DNA from: Candidatus Omnitrophota bacterium
Lineage (GTDB): Bacteria > Omnitrophota > Gorgyraeia > Duberdicusellales > 4484-171
Assembly (NCBI GenBank): GCA_024231025.1
Contig: JAAEQW010000312.1
Location: forward strand, 3,238 to 67,237
Direction: 5' to 3'
DNA length: 64,000 nucleotides
Part shown: piece after piece, positions 10,266-18,766 of the stretch
Numbering within the stretch: the stretch's first letter is position 1
Layout of the letters: each line of letters opens with the position of its first letter
Notes under the pieces: generated by a model
The model's input: the letters and a program-made list of their open reading frames with translations, nothing else
What the model was told of the DNA's origin: nothing
The model's database searches: none
Translations under genes and position numbers: made by a program

Positions 10266-11196
10266 CAAACTTTTCCTCGGTTTGCATTCGTTGCCCACAA
10301 GCAAAGGAATAAGCATCCATTTCCTTCTTGCCATCCGGCTGCAACCGTTGCACCCGCAGGACCTTATCACCAGTTGCAATATCTATACCATCTTTACTAA
10401 TCTTTACTATTGTTGCCGGTTGGCAATTAGGCGATTGATCAACCAATGCAGTTCGCATAATTTTTATTGTCTTTCCTTTATAGTATGTATAAGCAGATGG
10501 CCAACCCAAGGTAGCTCTAACGAGATTTCTTATCTCCAGCGCACTCCGGCCCCAATTGATCTTACCATCTTTTTTCTCTAGTTTAGCGGCAAAAGAAATA
10601 TTACCTTTTTGAGGTATCAGCTTCGCAGTTCCATCATTCACCGCAGAAATCGATTCATCAAGAAGCAAAGCACCTTCCCTAGCTAATTTAAGCGTCATAG
10701 AGGCTACATCATCTGTATCGGTGATTAAAACTTCTTTTTGACTAATAATATCTCCGCTATCTGTGCCTGTTTCTATCTTAAAAATGCTAACCCCAGTTAC
10801 TTTATCTCCATTGCAGATAGCATAACTTATCGGTGCTGCACCGCGATAACAAGGCAAGAGTGATGGATGCACCCCTAAGGATATCTTCTTAGAAAGCGAA
10901 AACACAACAGATGGTAAAATTTTTCCATAATCAGCAATAATAATAAAATCGGCATTTTCATCCTTTATTCTGCCAACTACATTATCATCTTTTAAACTAT
11001 GCGGCTTAATGCATGTTATATTATTTTTTTCAGCAAAATTAGAAATCTCTGTGGCAGTAATTTTCAAGCCACGACCTTTGGGGCGATTAGGCTGGGTCAC
11101 AATTAAAGATGGGGTTAAACCTCTTAAATGTAGCGTTTCTAAAACTACACGCGAAAATATATCACTGCCAAAATATATAAATTTCACTCGATTCAA
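10255..11196 (-). CDS. fmt: Methionyl-tRNA formyltransferase
   Basis: [34 protein letters not shown]. Confidence 0.96.
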   Translation of the reverse strand: MNRVKFIYFGSDIFSRVVLETLHLRGLTPSLIVTQPNRPKGRGLKITATEISNFAEKNNITCIKPHSLKDDNVVGRIKDENADFIIIADYGKILPSVVFSLSKKISLGVHPSLLPCYRGAAPISYAICNGDKVTGVSIFKIETGTDSGDIISQKEVLITDTDDVASMTLKLAREGALLLDESISAVNDGTAKLIPQKGNISFAAKLEKKDGKINWGRSALEIRNLVRATLGWPSAYTYYKGKTIKIMRTALVDQSPNCQPATIVKISKDGIDIATGDKVLRVQRLQPDGKKEMDAYSFACGQRMQTEEKFDDG

Positions 11197-11203
11197 CCTC
11201 CAA

Positions 11204-12988
11204 TTATCTTATAATAACAGCAATCTTCATGCCCGAAGCTTTAATCGTTTGAAGTTGCTGCTCAATGACATCACGCAAGCCGCTATCCTTTTTCGATCGC
11301 ACAACAAGTGCGTAGCGGTAATAATCTCTTAATTTAAACGGGTACTCTTTAAGTGGGCCATAAACATTTAAGCCATTTTTCTCCAGCTTATTATATAACT
11401 GCTGTGCCCTTTTTAAAAGCAGCATTTCATTTTTAAAACGTAGAACAATCTTTACGACCAATCCAAATGGCGGCAAAGATAATTCCTCACGCAAGAGTAA
11501 TTCTTTATCATAAAATTCACTCCAATCATTTGAAATAGTATCAAACAGATAATGTTCCTTGTTACGGGTAAAAATATATATCTTGTCATTAAAAAACAAA
11601 GAAAGTTTTTTAAAATATACGCCGGCATTAAAAGTTGCATCGTAATTAAGTTGAGAAAGAAAAGAATCTCCATCCAAAACAAAACCAAGATCAAACTTCT
11701 CCTTTTTATAGAGGGTGCTCAATATTTTAGATGTAGAAAGAACAAACTGGGTATTTTCCGTTCGCTGGTCCCATGATGCTATATTGACATCGGTGAAGGT
11801 ACGCCTCAACATTCCTTCGAGACGCTGAATACCAAGCCCAGAAGACTTTACATATCCGCGGTTGCACTGATTGCATATTTTAGGCAAGCTATGCTTACGC
11901 CCGCAAAAAGAACAAATACCAAGCTCCTGACCAGCCAAAAGTCGCAAAAAAGTCGAACAGCGATCGCATTTGAATATATGTCCACACGAAGAACACAAAA
12001 TCACTCTTCCAAGACCAGAGCGCTGCCAAAAAATAACCACACGTTTCTTAGCAGTAATGGCCTTAGTTAATAAGGCTATCAGCAACGGACTAATTAGCTT
12101 TGTTTTTTTATATTGGCCAACACCAACAACTTCGATGTTGCTGGCAGACTCGCTTATACCCTTTAGTTTTACCTTTCCATCCTTTATTTTCTTGTAAGTC
12201 AAAAGCGATGGAAAATCAGCGCTCAAGATCAAATCAATTTTTTTTATTTTTGATAACAAAAATGCAACATCCAGCAAATTATAAAATGGCTTTTCTTCTT
12301 GAGAATAGGACGAATTGTTTTCATCTTCAACAACAAGCAAAGATAAGTCGCTAGGGTAATAAAAAACAGAGACCCTTGTTCCTAAGATAATTGTGTTTTT
12401 CCGGCTATCTTTCCAACTTGAAAACATTTGCTTTTCACTTTGCCGACTATAAATGGTTTTCACTCTGCCGGGAAAATCACGCTCAATTAGTGCTTGCGCC
12501 TGCTTAAGATAGGTAACCTGGGGAAAACAGATAAGCACTGAACCCTCGCAAAGCTTATCGCTGACAATACTTTTCCAAGCATTATACCTTTCAGCAAAGT
12601 TGTCTTGCTTAACAAAAATTTGGCAACCGCCACTTTTTTTCTCTAATTTTGAAGACAAGTCCAAATCCAAATTATGTGGCTTTTTCAAATACGTTGGAAG
12701 AAACATAAATAATAATTCACCCAAACTGTAAGGGTAATGTTTCTTTAACACCATGGCAAAATTTAAATGATCGTCATCTAAAATCGGTACATTGTCAAGA
12801 ATCTTTAGAATTGGCTTTAGCCTGAATTTTCCTGCGTTATCAGCTAAATTAACAACTACCCCTACTCTTTTACGTCGATTAAAATCAACTAAAACCCGCA
12901 TTCCGCGTTTTACATTAAACCCGGGCGGAATAAGATAGTCAAATTGCAGATCTTTTGCAATTGGAAAAACAATTTTAAGTATTTTCAT
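11204..12988 (-). CDS. priA: Primosomal protein N' (PriA), helicase motifs degenerate
   Basis: N-terminal 3'-binding domain (FDY..P...GMRV.V.F), four CxxC, LPPF and C-terminal domain, position before fmt; Walker A not recognisable. Confidence 0.85.
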   Translation of the reverse strand: MKILKIVFPIAKDLQFDYLIPPGFNVKRGMRVLVDFNRRKRVGVVVNLADNAGKFRLKPILKILDNVPILDDDHLNFAMVLKKHYPYSLGELLFMFLPTYLKKPHNLDLDLSSKLEKKSGGCQIFVKQDNFAERYNAWKSIVSDKLCEGSVLICFPQVTYLKQAQALIERDFPGRVKTIYSRQSEKQMFSSWKDSRKNTIILGTRVSVFYYPSDLSLLVVEDENNSSYSQEEKPFYNLLDVAFLLSKIKKIDLILSADFPSLLTYKKIKDGKVKLKGISESASNIEVVGVGQYKKTKLISPLLIALLTKAITAKKRVVIFWQRSGLGRVILCSSCGHIFKCDRCSTFLRLLAGQELGICSFCGRKHSLPKICNQCNRGYVKSSGLGIQRLEGMLRRTFTDVNIASWDQRTENTQFVLSTSKILSTLYKKEKFDLGFVLDGDSFLSQLNYDATFNAGVYFKKLSLFFNDKIYIFTRNKEHYLFDTISNDWSEFYDKELLLREELSLPPFGLVVKIVLRFKNEMLLLKRAQQLYNKLEKNGLNVYGPLKEYPFKLRDYYRYALVVRSKKDSGLRDVIEQQLQTIKASGMKIAVIIR

Positions 12989-14036
12989 TAATTAATTCGT
13001 CTATTTTGCACTTAAGTTTCGGACGTATATCGCATAAATTCAGAGGATAATGTTTTGCTAAATCACTGCCTTTTTCTACGAAATATTCTATCGCTTCGAT
13101 CAACTCTAAAGCGCTTTTGGTGCGCTTTCCGACACCACAATTTATAGCAATTTCCATATTACCTTCTTCTTGCCCGGGAATAAAATGCGTAAATACAAAT
13201 GTTTTTTTCTTGCAGACTCCTTCAAAAACAGTGGTCCCGCCAGGCTTTGTAATAATGACAGAGCTTAAGTGTGTTAACTCCCAGATATCCTCATAAAAAG
13301 AAAACATCCTAACCGATGGATTATCCAACTTCTCTAAATATGTTTTTAACCTCTTATTGCGCCCATAAATAACAAAAAAATTATATTTGTTAGACAGCTT
13401 ACTAAGTACTTTCTTAATAAACGGAAAATTGCCGCTAATTGAGGAGACAAATAAAACACAGGGCCTTTGATCAACTGAAAATTTATTGCGCAAGTCACTA
13501 GAGATAAGTTCTTTAAAAAATCCCTCCCTAACAGATGTGTAGCCAGAAATAATTTTGTTCTCGCTAACTCCTTGATTGATTAAATCATTCTTTGTTTCAG
13601 TGAAAGAAGCAAAATAACAATCAACACAAGGATGCACCCATAACGGATACACCTTGGTATCAGTTAAAATAACTATTAGTTTAAAGTTTAACTCACTTTT
13701 AAGCGATGCTAATAAAGGCGCAATAAAAAAATGAGTCGTAACAATCACTTTGGGTTTAGATTCTCTTATATACTTGAAAATAGAGAAAAATATTAAACTG
13801 TTAAGCTTGTTTACGACACGCCCGATCACCTGACTGCGTCCAGATGCAAGAATAAGGTTCCACAACCATATCATATGCTGCGTAAGAAAAAGATACCCGG
13901 TAAAAAATATTTTCTTAAGCACTCCGGGGCAAAACTCTAAAAGATCCTTACATGGCGCCTGTAAAGAATCTTTGAGGCATTCAGCAGCCCGCTTGTGACC
14001 TTCGCCAAAACTAGCATGGATAAGTAGAGTTTTCAT
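12975..14036 (-). CDS. MGDG synthase/UgtP-family glycosyltransferase
   Basis: HASFGEGHKRAA, TTHF, ITKPGG, IPGQEEGN motifs. Confidence 0.85.
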   Translation of the reverse strand: MKTLLIHASFGEGHKRAAECLKDSLQAPCKDLLEFCPGVLKKIFFTGYLFLTQHMIWLWNLILASGRSQVIGRVVNKLNSLIFFSIFKYIRESKPKVIVTTHFFIAPLLASLKSELNFKLIVILTDTKVYPLWVHPCVDCYFASFTETKNDLINQGVSENKIISGYTSVREGFFKELISSDLRNKFSVDQRPCVLFVSSISGNFPFIKKVLSKLSNKYNFFVIYGRNKRLKTYLEKLDNPSVRMFSFYEDIWELTHLSSVIITKPGGTTVFEGVCKKKTFVFTHFIPGQEEGNMEIAINCGVGKRTKSALELIEAIEYFVEKGSDLAKHYPLNLCDIRPKLKCKIDELINENT

Positions 14037-14038
14037 TT

Positions 14039-14587
14039 TCAGCCGCGGTGCTCACATAAATAGTAAGCTGCTAAGAGGAGATTATCAAAAACATAATCTG
14101 GTTCAAACTCCCAATTTTCTCGATTAGAGATTTTCTCTTTACCGGAAAGAACTAAAACTGATTTTGCTCCAAATGCGCGCGCTGCCTTCATGTCCGTAAA
14201 TGTATCCCCTACAAAAAAAGAAATTTTTGGATCTAAGTTAAACTCCGATACAATATTATGAAGAAGTCCGGGTTTTGGTTTTCGGCAAGTGCAATTATCA
14301 TCGTTAATATGCGTACAATAACGTACTGCATCAACGAAAGCATTGTTTTTCTTTAAACCTTTTATCATGCAACCGGTAATACCATCTAAGTCTTTTTGAG
14401 AATAAAGCCCTTTGGACACTCCTGCCTGGTTAGATACAACGTAAATCTTAAAACCATTTTCATTAAGCTTACGAATTCCCTGAATACTACCTGGTAAAAA
14501 CTCGAACTCTTTTTTACTGGTTACATACCGAGTATCACCTGGATACTTATTAATTACTCCGTCACGGTCAAGAAAGATTATTTTCAT
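14039..14587 (-). CDS. gmhB: D-glycero-D-manno-heptose 1,7-bisphosphate phosphatase (HAD IIIA)
   Basis: FLDRDGVIN, VSNQAG, CxH...CxCRKPKPG, VGD; start trimmed to MKIIFLDRDG. Confidence 0.88.
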   Translation of the reverse strand: MKIIFLDRDGVINKYPGDTRYVTSKKEFEFLPGSIQGIRKLNENGFKIYVVSNQAGVSKGLYSQKDLDGITGCMIKGLKKNNAFVDAVRYCTHINDDNCTCRKPKPGLLHNIVSEFNLDPKISFFVGDTFTDMKAARAFGAKSVLVLSGKEKISNRENWEFEPDYVFDNLLLAAYYLCEHRG

Positions 14588-14671
14588 ATTTTTTATCGTA
14601 ACATTGATTAGGCTATTTGCAAGGGTAATCACAGAATAACAAAAACGTCCCTTATGACGTTTCGTTATTCT

Positions 14672-15370
14672 CTAGCCCAAAGCCTTCAATATCTTAGCTC
14701 TATCAACGACAATGTACTCACCAGGACCTAAAACACCTAACAGGAGCTTTCCTATTCTTACCCTCTTAAGGGATTTTACACCAAAATTAAGACCCCTGAA
14801 TAACCGTCTTAGGTGCCGCTTCTTACCCTCAGCAACAACAACCGAACACTTACTTTCATATTCAGTTTGTTTAATGATTTTTATTCGCTTAACTCTTAAT
14901 AGGTCACCTTCGTTAGTGACACCCGCAATTGCCTTTGCGCAATCATTGGTAGTAAATCTACCTCTTACTGTTAGAACGTACTCCTTTTCTGTAACAAATT
15001 TCGGATGAGTCAACTCAAAACAAAGATCACCATCATTTGTGAGAATAAGAAGACCGGTAGAGTTTTTGTCTAGCCTGCCAACGGGATACAAACTTTTAAA
15101 TTTATTCTCAAGAAAATCAATTACTGTTTTATCAGCAAATTTGTCTTTTCTGGTTGTGGTTACCCCCTTTGGCTTATTAAAAATAATGTAAATTTTATCT
15201 TTACGATCAACCACCTTACCATTGACTAAAACTTTGTCACTTTCAGCAACTCTAAAAAACGGCTCTTTCACCACTTTGCCGTTTACACTAACTTTTCCTT
15301 GCTGGATTAAAAGATCCGCACCTCGTCGAGAAGCAAATCCACTTTTAGCTATGAATAAACTAAGTCGCAT
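14672..15370 (-). CDS. rRNA pseudouridine synthase, RsuA/RluB family
   Basis: S4 domain (SRRGAD), NKPKG, VGRLD catalytic motif. Confidence 0.92.
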   Translation of the reverse strand: MRLSLFIAKSGFASRRGADLLIQQGKVSVNGKVVKEPFFRVAESDKVLVNGKVVDRKDKIYIIFNKPKGVTTTRKDKFADKTVIDFLENKFKSLYPVGRLDKNSTGLLILTNDGDLCFELTHPKFVTEKEYVLTVRGRFTTNDCAKAIAGVTNEGDLLRVKRIKIIKQTEYESKCSVVVAEGKKRHLRRLFRGLNFGVKSLKRVRIGKLLLGVLGPGEYIVVDRAKILKALG

Positions 15371-16646
15371 ATGTTACCCCTTCACTAACCTTTTCAATGC
15401 AAACAGGAATTATTTCACCCAAAGGATAAGTCCCGTTTTTCTGAACCCTCAAATAGTTTTGAGTATAGCCACACACGTAACCGTCTTTTTGCTCTTCAAC
15501 AACCATATTCAGTGTTTTTGCAATAAATCGTTTTCTGTATTCTAATGAGAATTCTTTTGATAACTCATTTAAAACGCCGTAGCGTTCTTTATTTTTTGCG
15601 TAATCGGTCATTTTTAAATCTGAAAATGGGGTTTTCTCTCTTGGAGAAAATGTAAAAATGTGCATCCGCATGGGCTTTACCTGCTTTAGGAAGTCCACTG
15701 TATTAGAAAATGTTGCCTCATCCTCTGCGGGAAAACCAACCATAATATCGCAACTAATCGCGATATCAGGAGAAATCTTTCTAGCCTTATTTATTACGTC
15801 TAGGTACAGCTCTGTTGTTTCTTTTTTGTTCATTGCTTTAAGAATTTTATTGTCACAACTTTGAAATGGAAGATGAAGATGTGGGCAAAGCTTTGGATTA
15901 TTTAAGAAACTAAGTAACCGGTCATTTATTAATATTGGCTCCAAAGAACTTAGTCGCAAGCGTCCGACGTTTAATTCTAAAGTGCTATCTAGAAGATCAA
16001 CCAACGAAGAACCAAAATCACGACCATAAAGCCCCAGGTTAACCCCGCATAAAACTATCTCCCGATGTAAACTAGAAAGCCTCTTAACCTCTCTAAGGAC
16101 ATCATCAAGCTTGCGGCTACGTGATCGACCTCGTATATGAGGTATTTTACAAAACGAACAAAAATGATCACAACCATCCTGCACCTTAACAAACGCTCGC
16201 TGATTAGAAAAACTATTGACTTTGAGCGACCAAATACTTTTTTGGTCAGATTGACGATTTAGCACTATATCCACTAATGAATATTTGTCGTCCTGACTAA
16301 TTAGATAGTCAAAACCAAGGCCTTCTAAAGATGACTGATTAATCTGGACTAAACATCCGCAGATTGCTATCTTTGCGCTTGAATTCTCTTTCCTGATTTT
16401 TGATACCAATTCTTTTGATTTACTATCCGCACGAGCAGTGACACTGCAGCTATTAATTACGTATAGATCTGCAATGCCATCAGTAATAGTGCATCCGGCA
16501 TCAGTAAATTGCTCAATTAAAGCTTGGCTTTCGTATTGGTTTACCTTACAGCCGAGAGTATAGAATTTGATCCTCCTACACCCTTCGGGCTTCGAAGGAC
16601 AGGCTTTAATTGGCTTGTTTGAATTTTGTTCTGATTCTTTTGACAT
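15360..16646 (-). CDS. mtaB: tRNA threonylcarbamoyladenosine methylthiotransferase MtaB with island-derived N-terminus
   Basis: TLGCKVNQYES, INSCSVT, KVQDGCDHFCSFC radical SAM motif; rsmE-mtaB linkage once islands are removed; start taken at MSKESEQ. Confidence 0.93.
   Translation of the reverse strand: MSKESEQNSNKPIKACPSKPEGCRRIKFYTLGCKVNQYESQALIEQFTDAGCTITDGIADLYVINSCSVTARADSKSKELVSKIRKENSSAKIAICGCLVQINQSSLEGLGFDYLISQDDKYSLVDIVLNRQSDQKSIWSLKVNSFSNQRAFVKVQDGCDHFCSFCKIPHIRGRSRSRKLDDVLREVKRLSSLHREIVLCGVNLGLYGRDFGSSLVDLLDSTLELNVGRLRLSSLEPILINDRLLSFLNNPKLCPHLHLPFQSCDNKILKAMNKKETTELYLDVINKARKISPDIAISCDIMVGFPAEDEATFSNTVDFLKQVKPMRMHIFTFSPREKTPFSDLKMTDYAKNKERYGVLNELSKEFSLEYRKRFIAKTLNMVVEEQKDGYVCGYTQNYLRVQKNGTYPLGEIIPVCIEKVSEGVTYAT
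16549..16630 (-). repeat. mtaB 5' repeat copy 1 (attR-like, fused to the functional gene)
   Basis: Plus strand CAGCCGAGAGTATAGAATTTGA, shared with 23783 and 25126. Confidence 0.85.
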
Positions 16647-16697
16647 ATTGTTTCCGTTGTTTAGCAAGTCCTTACGGTTCTAGTAAATTGTTGTGAT

Positions 16698-16706
16698 ATT
16701 ATAACA
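16698..16706 (-). promoter_or_regulatory. Extended -10 promoter upstream of mtaB
   Basis: TGTTATAAT on minus strand about 50 nt upstream of the start. Confidence 0.5.
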
Positions 16707-16741
16707 AAATAAACCTATTTGGAAAGAAATTATCTGGCGGC

Positions 16742-16905
16742 AGGGAAAGATATTAAGGGTTCCCTTCCCTTTTTAGGAGGATGAGGCAAGCGCATCCCGT
16801 AAAAACACTTCACGTTAACGGGACAGGCGCCGGAAGCAACGGATACGCCTCTGGCGTAGCAGTCTGACGACTGCGCTTGCCGAGGGAGGAATTTTGTCTC
16901 TCCTC
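16742..16905. other. GC-rich multi-hairpin non-coding element (possible structured RNA or ssDNA signal)
   Basis: Perfect 10-bp outer stem GGCAAGCGCA (16785-94)/TGCGCTTGCC (16872-81) enclosing TCCCGT/ACGGGA and AGGCG/CGCCT stems, plus an overlapping GCAGTC/GACTGC hairpin. Confidence 0.4.
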
Positions 16906-17080
16906 TGTTATAATTACGATTTTCACTGAAAATAACAAACAAATATTATCTATTTCTTAATAGGCGCCAGTATAATCTCTGCACACATCATCCTGAACCT
17001 CAACTACAAACAAACTTACAAAACAAGCAAACACAAAACATAAAATTCCCAAAAATACAACCTTTCTCATCATGCTCTCC

Positions 17081-18727
17081 TTAATGCTCTTTTACATCAA
17101 ATATGCCGTCATCAATATAATCATTTAAAGAAACAATTTCTATCTGCCAATCTTGAGTTAAATGTGCTGTATCCTGAATAAAACCTTTTCTTTTTCCCCG
17201 TAACGGAAAATGCAACCCTTCAACCTCCTGCACCGATTTAATAACAGTTTCTGTCGCTAAATCTTCTTTTCGTCCACTCCCAAACACTCCACGCCAATAC
17301 TCACGTTCCATAACTATGAGATTAAATTTAGTATCAATTAAAAACTCTATTCTTACTATTGGTGGCCAATTGTCCTCTTGTGTTTCATTATAGTTAGCAG
17401 TTACCAAATAAAGGCTGGAATTATGTTCAGTATATAAGTCTTTCAACTCTTCAGGGATATTCTCTATTCTTTTAATCCCGCTCAGACGTAATTTTCTAGA
17501 TTCGATATAACCTTCGATGTCTAATTTACGTAGACTCATAAGATAATCAACAGCTCCAGGTTGCATATCATAGGGATCATCCACCTTGTTAGTTCTGCCG
17601 TCAACCATATATAGTTTATTTTCGGTAAAAATACTTATAGCGCGCCTAGTAATGGTCTTTAAATAAAAAGGGCTTTTATAATAGGCCTCTTCAAGCGTTT
17701 CGCTCGTGCTCCCGGAAACTTTCTTATAATGTATTGTTTGAATCCTACCCATGTCATCATTGCAGGTCTTCACTAGTCCGTTTAATGTTTTATCGCTATC
17801 TGAAAGCTGATAAAGGGACGATCGTGATAAGTCATAATTTTCTAGCCTCTTAACTGCCTTATTTTTATATTTTAGTTTCTCGTCTTGTGAGATTCCGTCA
17901 TATAATAGGATTAATTCTGTATCTTCGCCGCTAATAAGCTGCTTCATCATCTCCTTCTGAGATTCACCTCTCTCTAGGACTCTCACTCCAAGCTCAGCAG
18001 CATCATAGTGACCAATAGTTTTTCTCAAAAATTCTAAATATTGCTGATCCTGAGCAATCTCCGAAGATAATTCAAAAGTTTTTTCTAAATGATACATTAT
18101 CCGCAAACATAACTCCTCGGAAAAATACTTCTGCTGTCCAATCTCATTATAACAATCAACTAAGCGATAATGTATTTTTGATAAGTCATTATTCAAAGTT
18201 TGGCGGCCGATTATTTCAGGGTTAGCTAGCATGATATTGATTGCATCTGAAAAATATTTGGTAGCATCAAGGTAACGTTTCTTGTTGTAACAATATTCAC
18301 CCAACCAATAATTAATCTCTGGGTGATTTGGATATTGAGTGTATTTCTCCTGGAGAATCGCTAAGCCCTGTTCAATGTTATCAATCCTCCAATAGTCCAA
18401 TACAACAGCAATCGCCTCTTCTATTTCTCTCATTTCTCTTTGGCTGAAACTGGCTTGTTTCATTGTGCTACTGCTAGAAACCGATCTTTGGGAAATATCT
18501 GTATAATGCCCTATGTCCTGTTCTGTACTTCCTTCTACATAATCAATGTCATCCAAATAATATGTCAAAAGCACGCCATGGATATTAGCCTTTATAAAAT
18601 CTACATTTCTTTCAATAATTTCTCCCTCTACCTTTTTCCCATCCTTTAGATGAATAGTGGCGCAGAAACAAACACTGACAGAAGAACTTGTAATAAATAA
18701 AATCAAAATAAGTATTTTCAAAAACAT
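17081..18727 (-). CDS. Exported protein: small N-terminal beta domain, TPR region, LolA-like C-terminus
   Basis: Signal peptide; TIHLKDGKKVEGEIIE domain; TPR-like PEINYWLGEYCY; ends with LolA-like ...SLNDYIDDGIF. Confidence 0.65.
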   Translation of the reverse strand: MFLKILILILFITSSSVSVCFCATIHLKDGKKVEGEIIERNVDFIKANIHGVLLTYYLDDIDYVEGSTEQDIGHYTDISQRSVSSSSTMKQASFSQREMREIEEAIAVVLDYWRIDNIEQGLAILQEKYTQYPNHPEINYWLGEYCYNKKRYLDATKYFSDAINIMLANPEIIGRQTLNNDLSKIHYRLVDCYNEIGQQKYFSEELCLRIMYHLEKTFELSSEIAQDQQYLEFLRKTIGHYDAAELGVRVLERGESQKEMMKQLISGEDTELILLYDGISQDEKLKYKNKAVKRLENYDLSRSSLYQLSDSDKTLNGLVKTCNDDMGRIQTIHYKKVSGSTSETLEEAYYKSPFYLKTITRRAISIFTENKLYMVDGRTNKVDDPYDMQPGAVDYLMSLRKLDIEGYIESRKLRLSGIKRIENIPEELKDLYTEHNSSLYLVTANYNETQEDNWPPIVRIEFLIDTKFNLIVMEREYWRGVFGSGRKEDLATETVIKSVQEVEGLHFPLRGKRKGFIQDTAHLTQDWQIEIVSLNDYIDDGIFDVKEH

Positions 18728-18766
18728 AATTACTCCCTGAATTTTCGGCTTACGGTTTAACCAAGA

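Noticed and set aside
16730-16942. 70-aa minus-strand ORF
   Set aside because: No clear RBS, atypical composition, and it coincides with the hairpin-rich element, which is better explained as non-coding.
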